NCBI GenBank assembly: GCA_965661545.1
Contig: CBFIEF010000006.1
Span: forward strand, 17,522 to 81,521
Direction: 5' to 3'
DNA length: 64,000 bases
Origin: Alphaproteobacteria bacterium
Lineage (GTDB): Bacteria; Pseudomonadota; Alphaproteobacteria; UBA7985
Part shown: positions 61,524 to 64,000 of the stretch, in pieces
How positions within the stretch are numbered: position 1 is the first letter of the stretch
Layout: the number at the start of each line of letters is the position of its first letter
The notes under the pieces: model-generated
Seen by the model: the letters and a program-made list of their open reading frames with translations, nothing else
The model's database searches: none
Told to the model about the DNA's origin: nothing
Made by a program: the position numbers and the translations under genes

Positions 61524-62467
61524 CAAAAATATTCCTCAGTTTGTAAACTTTGATTGGAGTGGTTCAAGAAAGCGCTCGCAGGAAATCTACGGGCGCTAAG
61601 GGCTTTTCCCTGCGAAATCTCGGGTGCGACCAGCGCCTCGAGCTCTTCGAGCCGTGTACGGAGTTCATCGATTTCTCGGGTTTTTTCATCGAGTGCCTTC
61701 ACTGCGGAAATCAGGGTGAAGACCAACCGCTGACTGTCCACGCCGAGATAGGTCGTTGGCGCCGTCGGTTGAGTGCTGGCAGGCAGGTTGAAGGATTGGA
61801 CAAGGTTGGGATCAATGCTGGCCGCCTCTTGAGCGATCAGGCCGTAATACAGGCGCTCGCTCGGCCCACCGGGTGCATCATCCGTGTATCGAAACTGCTT
61901 TGGCTCCATCGCACGGACTTGTTCGAGACCGTTGTCGTAGCTCTGAATATCGCGCTTAAACCGTCGATCTGATGTGGCAAAGGTTGCATGTGTGATCACT
62001 TGGTTTGAGGCAAAGAGAGAACCAGTCGCCCGAACGTCGCCTTGGACATCTAACGCGTACGCCGGGACTTCCACGCCAATACCTACGCGATTGTTTGTGT
62101 AAATAGCGCTGTCGATGGTGAGCGCGCTGCCCTCGACTGACCCGCGCCAATCGTCATCGGCGGGCATCTGAGAGGCGGTGTCGTCGGTCTGTTCAAAGGC
62201 GATGTCATCGGGTTCGATTGCGTGAAAATATCCCTGGTCGTCGGTTACGACGACGCGCAGTTGGGCCTCAGCTTGGGGGGGGTCGAGGTTCTCGATGCGA
62301 AGATCGCGACCGGCTTGTTCGCTTTCCCCAACAATGTGCAGTTTTGCTGCGGGCGTTTCCGTCCCGATACCAACATCTGCGGCACCCCAAGGCGGTGTGA
62401 ATAGAATGCCTGCAAGCGCGAAAATCGCGAAAGGGTATCGTTTAACGGATGGGGAACGAGATTTCAT
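61523..62467 (-). CDS. Exported short fibre protein with peptidase S74 intramolecular chaperone domain
   Basis: Signal peptide then VGIGTETPAAKLHI; VGIGVEVPAYALDVQG; TSDRRFKRDI, YGLIAQE, C-terminal coiled coil; start approximate. Confidence 0.85.
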   Translation of the reverse strand: MKSRSPSVKRYPFAIFALAGILFTPPWGAADVGIGTETPAAKLHIVGESEQAGRDLRIENLDPPQAEAQLRVVVTDDQGYFHAIEPDDIAFEQTDDTASQMPADDDWRGSVEGSALTIDSAIYTNNRVGIGVEVPAYALDVQGDVRATGSLFASNQVITHATFATSDRRFKRDIQSYDNGLEQVRAMEPKQFRYTDDAPGGPSERLYYGLIAQEAASIDPNLVQSFNLPASTQPTAPTTYLGVDSQRLVFTLISAVKALDEKTREIDELRTRLEELEALVAPEISQGKALSARRFPASAFLNHSNQSLQTEEYF

Positions 62468-62509
62468 TGTAGAACAATTCAATTTGTAAAATGGCAATGG
62501 GAGAAGAGG

Positions 62510-62539
62510 ACCGGGCAGGCGTGGGGGTACCTGCCCGGT
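62510..62539 (-). terminator. Hairpin downstream of the large fibre gene (possible partial terminator)
   Basis: ACCGGGCAGG-N10-CCTGCCCGGT followed on the minus strand by CCTCTTCT. Confidence 0.55.
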
Positions 62540-62601
62540 TTGTACTGATCAGCATCTGGCTCCTTCGGGGGACTAGGGAGGAGCCAGTAAAGTTTGGGGG
62601 T

Positions 62602-64000
62602 CTACTGATCAGAGACGCCGAGACGCGCTTCCATGAGGCGCATCCGATCTTCGAGAGCGGCGATGCGAATTTCAGACTCCATCACCATTGCCGCCATCCG
62701 CGCATTGTCAGCATCAATCTGCTGCAAAGCATTCGCGAGAACGTAGATCATGGATTGAACATTCACCGTCAGGTATTCAGTGCCATCTTCTGGAGAGAAA
62801 AATGAGCCCACGAGTTCAGGGTCAATCGCCTGCAGCTCCTGTGCAATTACACCGTAGTGCACCCGATCCGTATTCGTTGGCAGGCCCATACCGTTGTAAC
62901 GGTAAGAGACAAGGCGCAACTGGCGCAGGATCTCGAGACCACGGTTAAAGCCTTCCACTCCTGTCTTCAGACGGCGGTCTGAGGTTTGGAAGAAGTTGGA
63001 CGCGAGGAACTGGTCACCCGAGTAGATGTTACCCGTCGCACGAATATCGCCAGTGACGTCCAAGGCGTAACCCGGCGTATCGGTTCCGACGCCTACACGA
63101 CCCAGAGTCTGTCCGTTATCAGTTGCTTCACGGACCACCAAGGCGTTCTGGGTTGCCGCTGTATCAATAACCAGAGGGTAAGCAGGTGTGTTGGTGTTAA
63201 TGCCAACGTTACCATTGGTGTAAATGTCGTCACTGACCCGTGTTGCGAGGCTGTTGGTCGTGCCGGCAGCAGCCCAGTCGTTGTCTGTCGTGTCACTGTT
63301 CACAGCCGACAAGTCTACTGTCACGCTGCCCGCTTCATCGGTAATGGTTAGGACGTCGTCCGACCCCCGGAATGTCGCTGAGATGTTGGCAATGGTTGTA
63401 TCAACGAGAGTGTCCGACAGTGCAGAAAGATCCACGGTTACATCACCAGTTTCATCGGTGATGGTCAGCACATTGGTTGATCCGTCCAGCGCCGCTGCCG
63501 TGTTGGATACTGTCGTATCGCTCAGGGTTACGGCTAGGTCGGAAAGATCGACGGTTACATCACCAGTTTCATCTGTAATGGTCAGCACATTCTGCGCATC
63601 AAGCGTTGCGCCAGTGTTGGAAATCGTTGTGTCAGCTTGGGCACTTACTTCTCGCACGTTACCGGCAGCATCCACGGTCAGGTAGAGATCGTTCACCGCA
63701 TCGCCAACAACGAGTGCGTCACCCGTGCCGTATCTTGGCATGGTTACTTGACCGTTTGTGTCAAAGATAAACCTTTCCGTCGCTATGTTGTTGTCGTCTT
63801 CCGTTGCAATAATAAATCGATCAGAACCGGCAAGTGAATCATCGCCCAAAACGAGGGTTAGTTCAGAATCGTTGAAGCCGTTGTCAGTTCGACGCATCAG
63901 AATAGCGTCTGAATTCTGCATCAATGTGCCGAAGCGCAAAGCGGAATTTTGTCCAACGGCAACTATGCCGTCCTCAAAGTTGAGGGTATTGCCTGCCATG
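62602..64000 (-). CDS. Large fibre/adhesin protein with peptidase S74 chaperone domain, 5' end outside window
   Basis: Open frame to window edge; GQVTMPRYGTG, LTVDAAGNVRE, three LTITD..TVDLS repeats, GNVGINTNTP, VGVGTDTP, TSDRRLKTGV, YGVIAQE, coiled coil. Confidence 0.85.
   Translation of the reverse strand, partial: MAGNTLNFEDGIVAVGQNSALRFGTLMQNSDAILMRRTDNGFNDSELTLVLGDDSLAGSDRFIIATEDDNNIATERFIFDTNGQVTMPRYGTGDALVVGDAVNDLYLTVDAAGNVREVSAQADTTISNTGATLDAQNVLTITDETGDVTVDLSDLAVTLSDTTVSNTAAALDGSTNVLTITDETGDVTVDLSALSDTLVDTTIANISATFRGSDDVLTITDEAGSVTVDLSAVNSDTTDNDWAAAGTTNSLATRVSDDIYTNGNVGINTNTPAYPLVIDTAATQNALVVREATDNGQTLGRVGVGTDTPGYALDVTGDIRATGNIYSGDQFLASNFFQTSDRRLKTGVEGFNRGLEILRQLRLVSYRYNGMGLPTNTDRVHYGVIAQELQAIDPELVGSFFSPEDGTEYLTVNVQSMIYVLANALQQIDADNARMAAMVMESEIRIAALEDRMRLMEARLGVSDQ
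63295..63633 (-). repeat. Three tandem ~38-39-codon repeats in the fibre gene
   Basis: DTT(I/V)(S/A)N..A..(DA/DG/RG)..(N/D)VLTITDE(T/A)G(D/S)VTVDLS starting at 63633, 63519 and 63402; DNA 63551-63591 nearly identical to 63434-63474. Confidence 0.9.

Noticed and set aside
63295-63633. Possible CRISPR-like repeat-spacer pattern
   Set aside because: Repeats are in-frame, degenerate at codon third positions and inside a CDS; no cas genes
61523-64000. Prophage or GTA tail-fibre interpretation of the S74 genes
   Set aside because: The short fibre and its neighbours have signal peptides and no phage structural, lysis or integrase genes are in view; cannot be fully excluded beyond the right edge

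Overview
Chromosomal window of a moderately GC-rich alphaproteobacterium. The gene order (cox-SURF1-M32-thrC-M16, hrcA-grpE-dnaK-dnaJ, rph-rdgB-hemW-rsmI-yraN-gshB-comM) suggests a Rhodospirillales-like lineage, which is an inference. About 10.1-57.5 kb is mostly housekeeping: pip, pmbA/tldD, waaA, xseA, tadA, the aa3 cytochrome c oxidase cluster, thrC, dsbD/prx, rnhA, ispH, a comM gene broken by one extra base, gshB, heat-shock genes, asd, leuB, bmt and fadH. Two accessory regions flank this core. Left (1-10 kb, downstream of tRNA-Arg(CCT)): a LysR/enoyl-thioester-reductase pair, and an operon with a Zn alcohol dehydrogenase plus a CUT1 ABC transporter, divergent from an AcoR-like GAF-AAA+-HTH regulator that has lost its sigma54-activating motifs. 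Right (58.2-64 kb, running off the window edge): the best candidate for an undescribed system. It is a co-directional cluster of two Bacteroidota-style fibre proteins with C-terminal peptidase-S74 intramolecular chaperones, an orphan periplasmic-binding-fold protein, and a chimeric exported protein (Bacteroidota gliding-motility-protein-like N-domain, Ca-binding DxDxDG repeats, DUF11 and a proteobacterial C-terminal domain), followed by dsbB. No CRISPR array, rRNA, integrase or transposase was seen. All family calls come from motif recognition by eye, not from database searches.
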